Source: a virus. Taken from it: a DNA stretch of 64,000 nucleotides. Below the pieces are notes generated by a model. The model did not search any database and was not told where the DNA came from. It worked only from the letters and a program-made list of their open reading frames with translations. The stretch is taken from IMG/VR virus record IMGVR_UViG_3300048033_001554, positions 1-64,000 of that record; one strand, written 5' to 3'. Shown here one piece after another: positions 1-10,200 of this stretch. The translations under genes were made by a program, and so were the position numbers. Every line of letters begins with the position of its first letter. The stretch's first letter is position 1.

Positions 1-1291
1 CGTAACCTTCAAACTGTCCATCTTCAGCATTAAAGCGAACCATACCGGTTTGTTCAGTAGGTCTTTGAATTGTGTTACCAACAGGAAGCTTAATCGCTCC
101 AGTACCAGATATAACTTCAATATCTTGAGTTTTATCTACTTGGAAAGTTGTTCCATTAAGTGTTAAGCCACGGCCTGCGTTGTAAGTTCCTTCACCTTGG
201 AATTGAACCCAGTTAATAGCATCAACACCAAGATTAAATGTGGATGCATCATTAACTGTAACTACCCAACCAGTACCACCATTCTCGGTACCATCTGTAA
301 TAAATTCATAAGAGCCAGGAAGTTCATCGCTTTCGTTTGACCAAGATGTTCTTTGGAAAACCCATTCAGTATTAGCGCTACCAGTTTGAATAAGATCATA
401 TGAACCATTTTCTAACGGGTTTGTTTGGTCTTTAACTACTAGGTTATCACCAATACTCCAAGACGTAACGTCATCAATATATAAAACATTTACTGGAGGA
501 AGTGTAATAGTTGCATCAAAAGAAGAGTTGCCAGAGTCATAAGAACCACCAAGATCTGCAGTTGTTGCTGCAAGAGCTGACGGTCTAACACGTAAACCTT
601 TTGCTATGTTATCAACATATTTTTTGTTTGCAGCATCTGTTTCTAGAATTGGATCGTCGAAAACTTTAATAGTAGTTTCAACACGATCTAATTCAAATTC
701 TAAATATCTTTTATTTACTACATCTTTATCGTCAACTGGGTTATCAACATTAACAATACGTCTTGTACCAAAGTCGAATACACCAAGTGGAGCTGTTGTT
801 GTAAATAAAACAGTATTTGCGTCAGAAGAAATCTCATCGTCAGATATTGTAAAACCACCAATCTCAACAAGATCTAATCCTCTTATTTCTCCAATGGTTT
901 CACCTAGTGTAACAGGAGTAGAACCAAGAGTAATATCTTTTGATGATATAATGTAGTTTGTAGATACGAAATTATTTGCGTCAAGGCTGGTAGAAGAAAG
1001 TGCAGTTATATGACCAAACTGGTCTATAGAAGCATTTTGTACAAACTCTAAAACACCGTTGTTACTGCTTACTTCTGATGTTGTAAATGCATGACTAATT
1101 ACTAGATTAGCAGATTCCGTATCAGACTCTGGAGTTACTACAATGCCAGCGCCAGCGTCAATTGCACGAACGTATTCGCCAGTAGTATCAGAACCTAAGG
1201 CAATAGAATCAGGAACAATAGAAGGTCTTTTTTCGCCTGTAGCAACTAGTCTGACATTTCTAGTTTGGCCTACTTTTACTTTAACTGACAC
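1..1291 (-). CDS. Tail fibre / virion structural protein, partial (runs off the left edge)
   Basis: Not in the ORF track. My translation from GTG at 1291 (MSVKVKVGQTRNVRL...) stays open to the window edge and has phage fibre motifs DAANKKYVD, LVVKDQTNPLENGSY and GAIKLPVGNTIQRP...GMVRFNAEDGQFEGY. Confidence 0.75.
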   Translation of the reverse strand, partial: MSVKVKVGQTRNVRLVATGEKRPSIVPDSIALGSDTTGEYVRAIDAGAGIVVTPESDTESANLVISHAFTTSEVSSNNGVLEFVQNASIDQFGHITALSSTSLDANNFVSTNYIISSKDITLGSTPVTLGETIGEIRGLDLVEIGGFTISDDEISSDANTVLFTTTAPLGVFDFGTRRIVNVDNPVDDKDVVNKRYLEFELDRVETTIKVFDDPILETDAANKKYVDNIAKGLRVRPSALAATTADLGGSYDSGNSSFDATITLPPVNVLYIDDVTSWSIGDNLVVKDQTNPLENGSYDLIQTGSANTEWVFQRTSWSNESDELPGSYEFITDGTENGGTGWVVTVNDASTFNLGVDAINWVQFQGEGTYNAGRGLTLNGTTFQVDKTQDIEVISGTGAIKLPVGNTIQRPTEQTGMVRFNAEDGQFEGY

Positions 1292-1293
1292 CC

Positions 1294-1620
1294 TTATACC
1301 TCCGTGATAGTCGAAATAACGAACGCGACTCCATTAAGAATCTTTGATAGTTCTCCAGTTGGTTTTTTCATTATCACGTCATATTGGTATTTTCCAGGCT
1401 TAAGTTGTGCTGTAGTATCAGCATCCATAACTAATGTTATATCATTTTCAGATTTTTCAAATTCAAATTCGGCTGTTCTTTTTTCAGAATACAGCTTTTT
1501 AACATCGCCATAAAAACTATAGTTAGCGATAGGCAAGTCTAAGTCGTTGTCATCAAACAACTCGACTGTAAGTCTAAAATCAGTACCTTGATCTATGTAA
1601 ATATTTAATTGAGAACTCAT
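1294..1620 (-). CDS. Small virion structural protein (beta-sandwich, fibre/baseplate-associated)
   Basis: NIYIDQGTDF...LKPGKYQYDV pattern typical of T4-like marine phage structural proteins; late promoter directly upstream. Confidence 0.65.
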   Translation of the reverse strand: MSSQLNIYIDQGTDFRLTVELFDDNDLDLPIANYSFYGDVKKLYSEKRTAEFEFEKSENDITLVMDADTTAQLKPGKYQYDVIMKKPTGELSKILNGVAFVISTITEV

Positions 1621-1639
1621 TTTAAATCTCTTTTTTCTT

Positions 1640-1647
1640 TATTTATA
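1640..1647 (-). promoter_or_regulatory. T4-type late promoter TATAAATA
   Basis: Exact TATAAATA on the minus strand, 20 nt upstream of the ATG at 1620. Confidence 0.8.
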
Positions 1648-1662
1648 ATAGAAGAACACCGC

Positions 1663-1686
1663 AAAAAGGGGGCAAAAGCCCCCTTT
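1663..1686 (-). terminator. Rho-independent terminator
   Basis: Minus-strand stem AAAGGGGGC-TTTT-GCCCCCTTT ending in a T-run, just downstream of the collagen-fibre stop. Confidence 0.8.
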
Positions 1687-1708
1687 ATTAGATTCATTGA
1701 CGTCAATT

Positions 1709-4700
1709 TTATCGACCCTTCAGGTCATCAACTTGATCTTTTAGCTCCTTGATAGCTTCAACTAATAGACCAACAATGTTTCCGTATGCAACGCTCTTAA
1801 TTTGCTCACCATCAGATTCAGTCTTAACAACTTCAGGTAAGACTTCTTCAACTTCTTGAGCAATAAGACCTGTTTTTCTAACACCTGGATCAGCTTTCAT
1901 ATCAAAGTATACGCCTCTCATAGATGCAACTTTATCTAGAGCATTAGGAATTGTTTCGATATTTTCCTTCAATCTTCTATCTGAGTTAGCTGCAATGTCA
2001 CCCGCTGCAGTAAACTCGCCAGTAACCATATCAAAATCAAATCTAGTCGCAGTTGGGGATCTAAATTCAATTGCTGCTAAGTTAGCTCCGTATCCTTGCA
2101 TAACCAACGCATTTTGAGTTGAGTTATATTCAATCTTAGAGAATGGAGCTGCATTTGTACCACCTAATGTAACCGGTTGGTCTGTATTAAAGTGGAAAGG
2201 ATCTGTACCGCTTTGTGCAAAGGAGAAAGCAGATACTGTTCCTACGACATTAATATTACCTTCAACTTGAATGTTCTCAACTGTAAGTTCGTCAGCATCG
2301 TTGGTGTAGAAGAAGTTAGATTCGCCGCCTGGGTTTGGACCCAATGTAGCAAGTAGCGGACGATATTCTTGGCCACCTTCAAAGAATGGAATAAACAGTG
2401 CAGTGTCTTGCAATGGAGATTCGTGTACGTTCTGGAGGTTTTTAACACCACCTTCTGGTCCAAAGCCTTGCATACCCTGCGTACCTTGGAAACCACGTTC
2501 ACCTTGAACACCCTGTGCAGCTTGAGTACCTTGAATACCTTGTGTACCTTGGCCTGGGAAACCTTGAACACCAAGACCACCTTGGAAACCTTGAGTACCT
2601 TGTAAACCTTGTGTACCAGTACCTTCGGGTCCTTGGAAGCCTGGGCCACCCTGGATACCTTGAGCACCTTGGCCACCAGTTTCACCTAATCCACCGTCAG
2701 TACCTTGAAAGCCTTGAATACCAAAGAAACCTTGAACACCTTGAGTACCGCCAACACCCGATTCACCAATGGTACCTTGAACACCTTGGTTACCGTCGTT
2801 ACCTTGAATACCATCAGCACCGATACCCGCAGCACCTTGGAAACCTTGGGTACCTTGGTTACCAGTACCGCTAGTACCCTGTCCACCTTGGGCACCCTCG
2901 TCGCCGTCAAGACCTTGGATACCTTGAATACCAGATGTACCTTGACCCGGAAGACCTTGAACACCCTGCGAACCAATTTCACCCGTAGTACCTTGCGAAC
3001 CTTGGAAACCTTGTGTACCTTGATTACCAAATCCAGCAGGACCTGTAGTACCTTGGTTACCTTGAACACCTTGGTTTGCTACACCTTGTAGACCTTGGAA
3101 ACCTTGGATACCCGTAGCACCAATACCAGCAATACCTTGCGCACCAGATTCACCTTGTATACCTTGTGCACCTACGCCGTCTCTACCTTGGATACCTTGA
3201 ACACCTTGGATGCCTTCACCGTCAGCACCTTCGGCACCTTGGATACTTCGGCCTTGAATACCCTGTGTACCTTGTGTACCTTGAGTACCATCACCACCAA
3301 CAAAACCCGCAGAACCTTGGAAGCCCTGTAAACCTTGAATGCTTGTGCCTTGGTTACCTTGAACACCTTGGCCGCCACCGCCACCTTGGATACCACCAGG
3401 ACCTTGGAAGCCTTCAAAACCTTGAACACCTTGAGGACCAGATGGACCAACATCACCAGTTCTAGCAAAAGTAATAATAACGTCAGCATCATTAGCAAAA
3501 CCAGATACTGATCCGCTTACGAATGCTGATACAATAGTGAAGTAGCCTGAGTTTTCAGCTAAAGATGATATTGTAAAGATAGCAAAATTAGAAGGTGTAT
3601 TCTTTTCAGATACTTTATAGTGACCTTTAATTGGGCTAGTAGAATCATCAACTGTTCTTAGGAATGGCTGGATATCTGTAAAGTTATCATCACGGTCGTC
3701 CATGTACATTTCAGTAGCAGATGGCAAGTTTGAGCTATTAAACTTAAGGTAGCCAACACCAGGATCTGAAGAAACTGTATTTGTGCTGTGAGTATAATCA
3801 AATGTTACACCGCCAAATCCACCTGTTGAACCTTGGAAGCCAGGACCACCTTGTAGACCATCAGTACCTTGAATTCCTTGTGGACCAATAGGACCTGGGA
3901 AACCTTGAGTACCTTGGAAACCAAAGTCACCTTGGAAACCTTGAATACCTTGTGAACCAGCACCATCGCTACCTTGTAGACCGGCATCACCTTGTAGACC
4001 ATCCGTACCTTGGAAGCCTTGGATACCTTGGACACCTTGAGGACCTAATTCACTAGTACGAAGTTCACCACCCATTCCTGAATGAATTGAACACTGGTAA
4101 TAAAGAGTATCTGGAGCATCGCCTGGAACTCTAAATGTAATCGTTCCAACATCCACACCGTTGTTTGTAACACCAGTATTATATTGGTCAGCTGTACCAG
4201 TTGAAGGATTTGTTTTAATATAGAAAGGATGCCCCGGAGCATTTACAATAAATCTATAAGTAAATCCTTTTAGGAGATTTAAGTCAGGATTGTTGTTTCC
4301 ATCGATTACATAAGCAATTGATGAGAGGTTAGTAACATTAAAGTCACGAGCACCTTCTGTACCTTGAACTCCTTGAATACCCTGATTACCTTGGATACCT
4401 TGTACAGATTGCATACCTTGGATGCCTTGCGGTCCAAAGTCACCTTGAATACCTTGGAAGCCCTGTGCACCTTGAGTACCTGCATCACCTCTTGGAACAA
4501 AGTTAATAAGAGATTTAGCTGGGTGTCCAGTTCCAATAACACTTGTTTGCCAATTAAATGATGTTACACCATACTGGCCTACGTATTGGATTGCAAATGA
4601 GTACCAATCATCACCATAAGAGGTAACATCAGTAAATTCGTAAACAACTTGGTGGTGGCCACCAGGACCAAAACCATCGTCAAAGCTCTCAATAACAATA

Positions 4701-6844
4701 AGGCCTTTAGAACCAGATCCACCAGGAATTGCATCTAACCATTGGAATACTTCATCAACACCTGAGTTAAAGTTGTTAAGAGGTACATCGTCAATAGTTA
4801 ATAGTGTAGCACTTCTGATATCTGCGTTATTAAGTTTCCATTTACTTAAGCCAGGATCAGATCCAGGTGATTGATCGTTTAAGAATTCCCACTCATATGT
4901 TAATCCACCATAGTGACCAATTGCACCCTGTACGCCTTGGAAACCTTGAGTACCTTGGAAACCAGTTGTTCCTTGGAAACCTTGTACACCAACATCACCT
5001 TGAACACCCTGAGTACCTTGTGCTCCTTGGAAGCCTTGAATACCCTGTGTACCAACATCGCCTTGGATACCTTGTACACCTTGGAAACCCTGAGTACCTT
5101 GGAAGCCTTGAATACCTTGCGCACCTTTTTCGCCCGAAGGAATAAAGTCAACAACAGTCGTAGTTCCAAATGTAGGTACAGCACCCGATGTCCAGCTTGA
5201 TCCTGGAAGAGCATCTGTTCCGCCTAACGTAGAACTTGCAACATAAGTGATATCAAAATGGCCCCAGTCTCTACCAGTTCCTGTTGGACTCCATGTCCAA
5301 TCACTTACGTTGTATATAAGGAATTCGTAATCGTCACTACTTGTATCTTTTAAAGTCCTAAGGAAAATTTGTCCTTTTGGATTACTTAAACGGCTATCTA
5401 AGAAATCAAAAAGCTCATCAACTCGACGACCTGTTTCTGTTAAATCGTCAATGTAAAGTCTAGTTGCTGATGTAACATCGTTACTGTTAAGCAACCAACC
5501 ATTTAATCCTGGGAAACCTTCAGTAGTAGAAGGATTATATGTAAAGTTGAATGTTAGGCCACCGCTGTAGCCAATAAAGCCTTGAACACCGGTATCACCT
5601 TGAATTCCTTGAATTCCTTGGTTGCCCTGAATACCTTGAATACCTTGATGGCCTTGAGTACCTTGCATACCTTGGAAACCAGTAGTCCCTTGGAAACCTT
5701 GAACACCTTGGAAACCTCTATCACCAGCAATATTAAAATCTACTAATAGCGGGTAAGAAGTAAATGTTCCAGGCGTTGCTTCTTCGCAAAAATCTGATTT
5801 GATTGCAGCACCAGAAACAAATGCAACATCTAATTCTCTGTATCCTGTTTTATCTGTTACTTCAGTTACTGCAAAAATTACGTAATTTTGAGGAGAGCCA
5901 CGTTGAGTGACTTTCATGTATGCTTTATTTGTAGAAGAAGATGCATCAATTGCATCAAATAAGTTTTGTAGATCTACGCCATAAAATGCTTCGTTGTCTA
6001 TCCAAATCTTTGTAACAGTAGTAAAGTCATCAGTTTGAGCAGCTGCAGCATTAAAGAACATATTACCTTGAGTAGGATCTGCGTCCGCCACATTGTTTAA
6101 CAGTCTGTATTCTACTACGGAACCAGCGTCATCACCGTTGAAGCCTTGAAAACCAACATCACCTTGCACACCTTGAATACCCTGAGCGGCTTGCATGCCT
6201 TGAATACCTTGGATACCTTGCACACCTTGCAAGCCTTGGATACCCTGTACAGATTGCATACCTTGGATGCCTTGTACACCTTGGAAACCTTGAATACCCT
6301 GATTACCTTGTATGCCAATTGTACCTTGTACACCTTGAATACCTTGGTTACCACGGAAACCACGAGAACCTTGAATACCAGTTTCACCAACAACGCCTTG
6401 CGTTCCTTGGTTACCTTGAACACCTTGGAAACCTTGAACACCTCTAAAGGATCCAACGTTTACCCAAGTTGTGCCGTTATAAACCCAAAGCTCGTCATCT
6501 GTTTCGTCAATAGCACCTTGACCAGTAGTAACACTTGGAAAAGCTGTATTAAGAGTAGCTTGTGGATCTCCACCTGCATCAACATCAGCGACAGAGCCAA
6601 TAACATCAAATCCAGGACCGTAAGTACCTTGTACACCTTGGTTGCCTTGAACACCTTGAGTACCCTGTGAACCGGTTGCACCAGATCCTACATCGCTCCA
6701 AGCAGTGCCATCAGAGACATATACTCGGCCGTCAGTGCCATAAGCAATTGCACCTTTATACGGTGCTGGATCTAATTGAATAGGTACTTGTTGTGGAGTA
6801 CCCTGGCCAATAATTTTACTGCCAGCTAGAGATCTAAAAGCCAT
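1709..6844 (-). CDS. Collagen-like long tail fibre with repeated globular inserts, cupredoxin-like module and C-terminal intramolecular chaperone (peptidase S74)
   Basis: Long G-X-Q triplet runs; C-terminal SDRRLKENI...GLIAQEVEEVLPEVV...YGNIVGLLVEAIKEL chaperone motif; GHPF...YYQCSIHSGM motif. Confidence 0.85.
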   Translation of the reverse strand: MAFRSLAGSKIIGQGTPQQVPIQLDPAPYKGAIAYGTDGRVYVSDGTAWSDVGSGATGSQGTQGVQGNQGVQGTYGPGFDVIGSVADVDAGGDPQATLNTAFPSVTTGQGAIDETDDELWVYNGTTWVNVGSFRGVQGFQGVQGNQGTQGVVGETGIQGSRGFRGNQGIQGVQGTIGIQGNQGIQGFQGVQGIQGMQSVQGIQGLQGVQGIQGIQGMQAAQGIQGVQGDVGFQGFNGDDAGSVVEYRLLNNVADADPTQGNMFFNAAAAQTDDFTTVTKIWIDNEAFYGVDLQNLFDAIDASSSTNKAYMKVTQRGSPQNYVIFAVTEVTDKTGYRELDVAFVSGAAIKSDFCEEATPGTFTSYPLLVDFNIAGDRGFQGVQGFQGTTGFQGMQGTQGHQGIQGIQGNQGIQGIQGDTGVQGFIGYSGGLTFNFTYNPSTTEGFPGLNGWLLNSNDVTSATRLYIDDLTETGRRVDELFDFLDSRLSNPKGQIFLRTLKDTSSDDYEFLIYNVSDWTWSPTGTGRDWGHFDITYVASSTLGGTDALPGSSWTSGAVPTFGTTTVVDFIPSGEKGAQGIQGFQGTQGFQGVQGIQGDVGTQGIQGFQGAQGTQGVQGDVGVQGFQGTTGFQGTQGFQGVQGAIGHYGGLTYEWEFLNDQSPGSDPGLSKWKLNNADIRSATLLTIDDVPLNNFNSGVDEVFQWLDAIPGGSGSKGLIVIESFDDGFGPGGHHQVVYEFTDVTSYGDDWYSFAIQYVGQYGVTSFNWQTSVIGTGHPAKSLINFVPRGDAGTQGAQGFQGIQGDFGPQGIQGMQSVQGIQGNQGIQGVQGTEGARDFNVTNLSSIAYVIDGNNNPDLNLLKGFTYRFIVNAPGHPFYIKTNPSTGTADQYNTGVTNNGVDVGTITFRVPGDAPDTLYYQCSIHSGMGGELRTSELGPQGVQGIQGFQGTDGLQGDAGLQGSDGAGSQGIQGFQGDFGFQGTQGFPGPIGPQGIQGTDGLQGGPGFQGSTGGFGGVTFDYTHSTNTVSSDPGVGYLKFNSSNLPSATEMYMDDRDDNFTDIQPFLRTVDDSTSPIKGHYKVSEKNTPSNFAIFTISSLAENSGYFTIVSAFVSGSVSGFANDADVIITFARTGDVGPSGPQGVQGFEGFQGPGGIQGGGGGQGVQGNQGTSIQGLQGFQGSAGFVGGDGTQGTQGTQGIQGRSIQGAEGADGEGIQGVQGIQGRDGVGAQGIQGESGAQGIAGIGATGIQGFQGLQGVANQGVQGNQGTTGPAGFGNQGTQGFQGSQGTTGEIGSQGVQGLPGQGTSGIQGIQGLDGDEGAQGGQGTSGTGNQGTQGFQGAAGIGADGIQGNDGNQGVQGTIGESGVGGTQGVQGFFGIQGFQGTDGGLGETGGQGAQGIQGGPGFQGPEGTGTQGLQGTQGFQGGLGVQGFPGQGTQGIQGTQAAQGVQGERGFQGTQGMQGFGPEGGVKNLQNVHESPLQDTALFIPFFEGGQEYRPLLATLGPNPGGESNFFYTNDADELTVENIQVEGNINVVGTVSAFSFAQSGTDPFHFNTDQPVTLGGTNAAPFSKIEYNSTQNALVMQGYGANLAAIEFRSPTATRFDFDMVTGEFTAAGDIAANSDRRLKENIETIPNALDKVASMRGVYFDMKADPGVRKTGLIAQEVEEVLPEVVKTESDGEQIKSVAYGNIVGLLVEAIKELKDQVDDLKGR

Positions 6845-7275
6845 TATACATCATCCTCTTCAGACTGTCCAAGCGTGAATGATAATGTAGCATCAACAGA
6901 AAAATCTGCATCAGCTTTAATTTCTAACAAGTCACCCGATTTAAAGAACTGTCCATTGAGAGGAAGAGGAACGGTGTCGTATGATGGAATTTGAAGATTT
7001 CTTACAATCCAAAATTCATCATTAACTTCGTACCTATGAGTTCTAACGTCAACTGCTACAGTGTTTGCTGTAAAGTTACAAAGCATTAAAGGAGAAATAA
7101 CTTCTCCAACGCCTGGTTCGACTACACTAGATCCACCAAATACAAGTTCCGGAACTTCATAGTTAGGAACCTCGATCATAGTTTGCCAATTAGTCGTCAA
7201 GGTGAATGATCGGGCAACCGGTTTGGCGTCCGGTGCCTGAGACGTTTTGACTGTTGTAATTACTGTATTTGCCAT
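6844..7275 (-). CDS. Hypothetical virion protein
   Basis: 143-aa ORF overlapping both neighbours by 1 nt within the structural operon. Confidence 0.6.
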   Translation of the reverse strand: MANTVITTVKTSQAPDAKPVARSFTLTTNWQTMIEVPNYEVPELVFGGSSVVEPGVGEVISPLMLCNFTANTVAVDVRTHRYEVNDEFWIVRNLQIPSYDTVPLPLNGQFFKSGDLLEIKADADFSVDATLSFTLGQSEEDDV

Positions 7276-10200
7276 TATAGTGATGCCCTACTGTTAGATG
7301 CTCTTCTAGCAAGTTTTCTTACGGATGAAGTAAATGGTCTACCTTCGATACGACCTGTTCTACCGTTAATTCTTAGACCTCTTGCGAAGTACTGGTTATT
7401 TAATTCGTCTGAACCTGACCATCTGATTCGTCCACCATTTTCTGATAGGACCGAAGCATTAGCACCAATTGCAGCACCCACGTTTCTAAAGTTCAATGGC
7501 AAGGCGTTTCTGTTAACACCTGCCGATGCACCGTTGAACTGGTGAGCGATAGATTCGACCAACGATCCAAATACTAGGAAGTTAGGTCTAATTACACTAT
7601 CAATTAGTACGTTATCAATTAATTCAGTTATCATTGTTCTCTGTGGTATTGTTACTGCGACATTGTTATTTATATAGTCTCGCATGTGCTCCCAAGCTCC
7701 AACGAAGGAATCTAACAAATCAGTGTTGTTATTTCCTGCTGAGGCCCAAGCTGCGCCTGTCCAATACCAGATTTCACCTTCATAACGATTACCACTATTA
7801 TTTGTTGGAATGATATAAGCATCCCAGCGTTTCATACCTTCTAGAGCATCTCTATCTGTTCCATTTGCAACAGTACCTTTAAATTTCAGGTTACGCCAGT
7901 TAGCAAATGCAGCCGGTGGATTGAATACTGGGAATACATGCTGTGCATCAATGTTAAACAATGCACCAACAAAAGATCTTGTAGCTTTATCCGAACCTTC
8001 AAACCCAAGAGCTGGATCAATAAACCTAAAGTCGTTTGCAAGGATTTTAAGTAAGTTGCCGGCATCACGGTAAGTTTTAGGTAAGTCGATAAACTTGTAT
8101 TCTGAAGTAATAAATCTTTGAACTTCGCGTTGTAGCTTAGTTCTATTATTATCAAGAATATCTTTAGCAAATTTGAACTTTTGAGTTTCTTCCCATGCAA
8201 AGTCTGGTTCAATTGTTGGACCAAGATACTTAGGTGAGTTAAAGAATAGTGCATTGTAGAAGATCAAGCCAAGATCGTAAGCTTGTGTTACTTGTTCTTC
8301 AGCACCAACTTCTGGTCTCATTGCTTGGCCAGGATATTTACCTGCTACAACTTTACTTACGATATCACCCAACTTGCGGTAAGATTGAGCAGTTGCTTCT
8401 CTTGTATTTTCAGGAATACGTAATTCGTTATTCCAGAAGTAGAAGTCTGCATTCCAACGTGATGCTAAGTTACCACCGTAGTTCAAGTCCCAGCTCATCG
8501 CATCCAGGATATAACCTGAATCTCTACGACATTTCGCTTTGCTGTAATCTACGATTGTGAAGTTATCTGCAATAAAGTCAGTAACATCATCAGCAAGATC
8601 GTTTAAGTTAGAATCAATTTCTTCAGCAGCTGCTAATTTGTCTGCAGCAACCCAAGATGTATTTGGCTCAATAAGAGCAGGCATTGCATCTAAGCTATCT
8701 CTACGGATTGCTTCTTCAATAACACGTACCATGTCTGCAACCCATTCACCTTCAACAGATGTTGCTGGAGTTCCAGATGAATCTTGGCCAACTGCAAGTT
8801 CTTGTACGACGTTATCAACAAGATTAGCCATTGTAACGTAGAAGTCAGCTGTTTGAGTTCTTTGATCAAATGGTAATACGCTTGTTGCATTATCGAAGTA
8901 CATATTTGCACAAAGTCTTGTTGCATAGTTTGTTTCGTATTGAACGTCGTGTGATAGTGCATCAACAATAATACCAACATCTCTGCGACATTTCTCTTTA
9001 GGATAGCTGATACCTTTGTATTCAGAAGAGATAAAGTTAATCATGTTTGTTACGAGAGTTTCAAGCTCGTTGTCAACTAGATCTTTTTGATCTTTAACCA
9101 TCGCTGGCATCCAAGCCGTGTGTGGTTCAACTCTAGATGGTAAGTTATCAGGATTGTTATCGTCAGCAATATTCGCAACCATCATGCCAAGCTCTTTAGC
9201 TTCCATGGCAATAGCTCTTCTTGCTGTTAGGTTTGACATGTCTTGTACTGATGAATTAGCAGGAGATGCTGTAACCGCTTCGTTACGAATAACGTCGTGG
9301 ATTACTTCAGACATTCTAGTGAATGCTTCTCTTGTTGCATCTCTTTGATCCAATGGTAACAAGTTGGTCATGTTAACAAAGTAGATTTGAGCTGAATTCC
9401 ACATCGCCGCATTACCACCATATTGGATATCGTGGGAAATTGCATCAACCATGTAGCCAACATCTCTGCGGCATTTAACTGAGTTATACTCAAGGTAATC
9501 AAACTTATCTTGAAGATATTTGTTAATACCTGCAGCTAGCGTAGCTTTGCGTCCTTCAACTATTGCTACATCAGTCTCATAATCATAACCGGTTGCAGCT
9601 GGATCTGAAGTATTAGCTTCTTGGGCTGCTGGCATATTGATTAATGAATTTTCAGTAATAATAGTTGTTACGATGTTAATAAGATCTTGTACTTCTTGGC
9701 CTGTTGCCGCAACTACGTTACCGAATCCTACAACAGTTTGTGTTTGTGTATTACCGGCAGTAGGAGTAACTACTTGCTTAAGAACAACTCTTTCAGCAAT
9801 TGTCGCCACGTGGCTAAATACTGCTGCTGTTTCTGTTCTTTGATCAGCTGGTAAAACTGAGTTACCTTCTTCAAAGTAAAGTCTTGCCACATCTCTCATT
9901 GCAACATTAGAACCATGTCTAATATCGTATGATGCTGCATCAACTAAGAATCCAATATCTCTTTCACACTTATCTCTTTGAGCTGCAGTTAATGACCCCC
10001 ATAGTGTTGGGTAGTATAACTGGAAGTATGCTCTACCTTCGCCAGCCAAGAATGCTCTGTTAAGCTGTAAGCCGTCAGTAGCTGCGTTATCGCTGTTGCC
10101 AACGTTTGCTGTACCAAAGCTTGCATAAGTAAGACCAGTTGTGCCATTCTTCATAACATTAATGATATTATCGAATGCACCAATCGCTCTTGTTTTTGCA

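Noticed and set aside
2450-6680. Dense accttg repeats resembling a CRISPR array or satellite
   Set aside because: 9-nt coding periodicity with no fixed repeat-spacer structure and no cas genes.
2242-6681. Many alternative-frame and antisense ORFs (KVFKV..., TLNTL..., LEYLG...)
   Set aside because: Shadows of the 9-nt periodic G-X-Q codons of the collagen gene; low complexity and fully nested.
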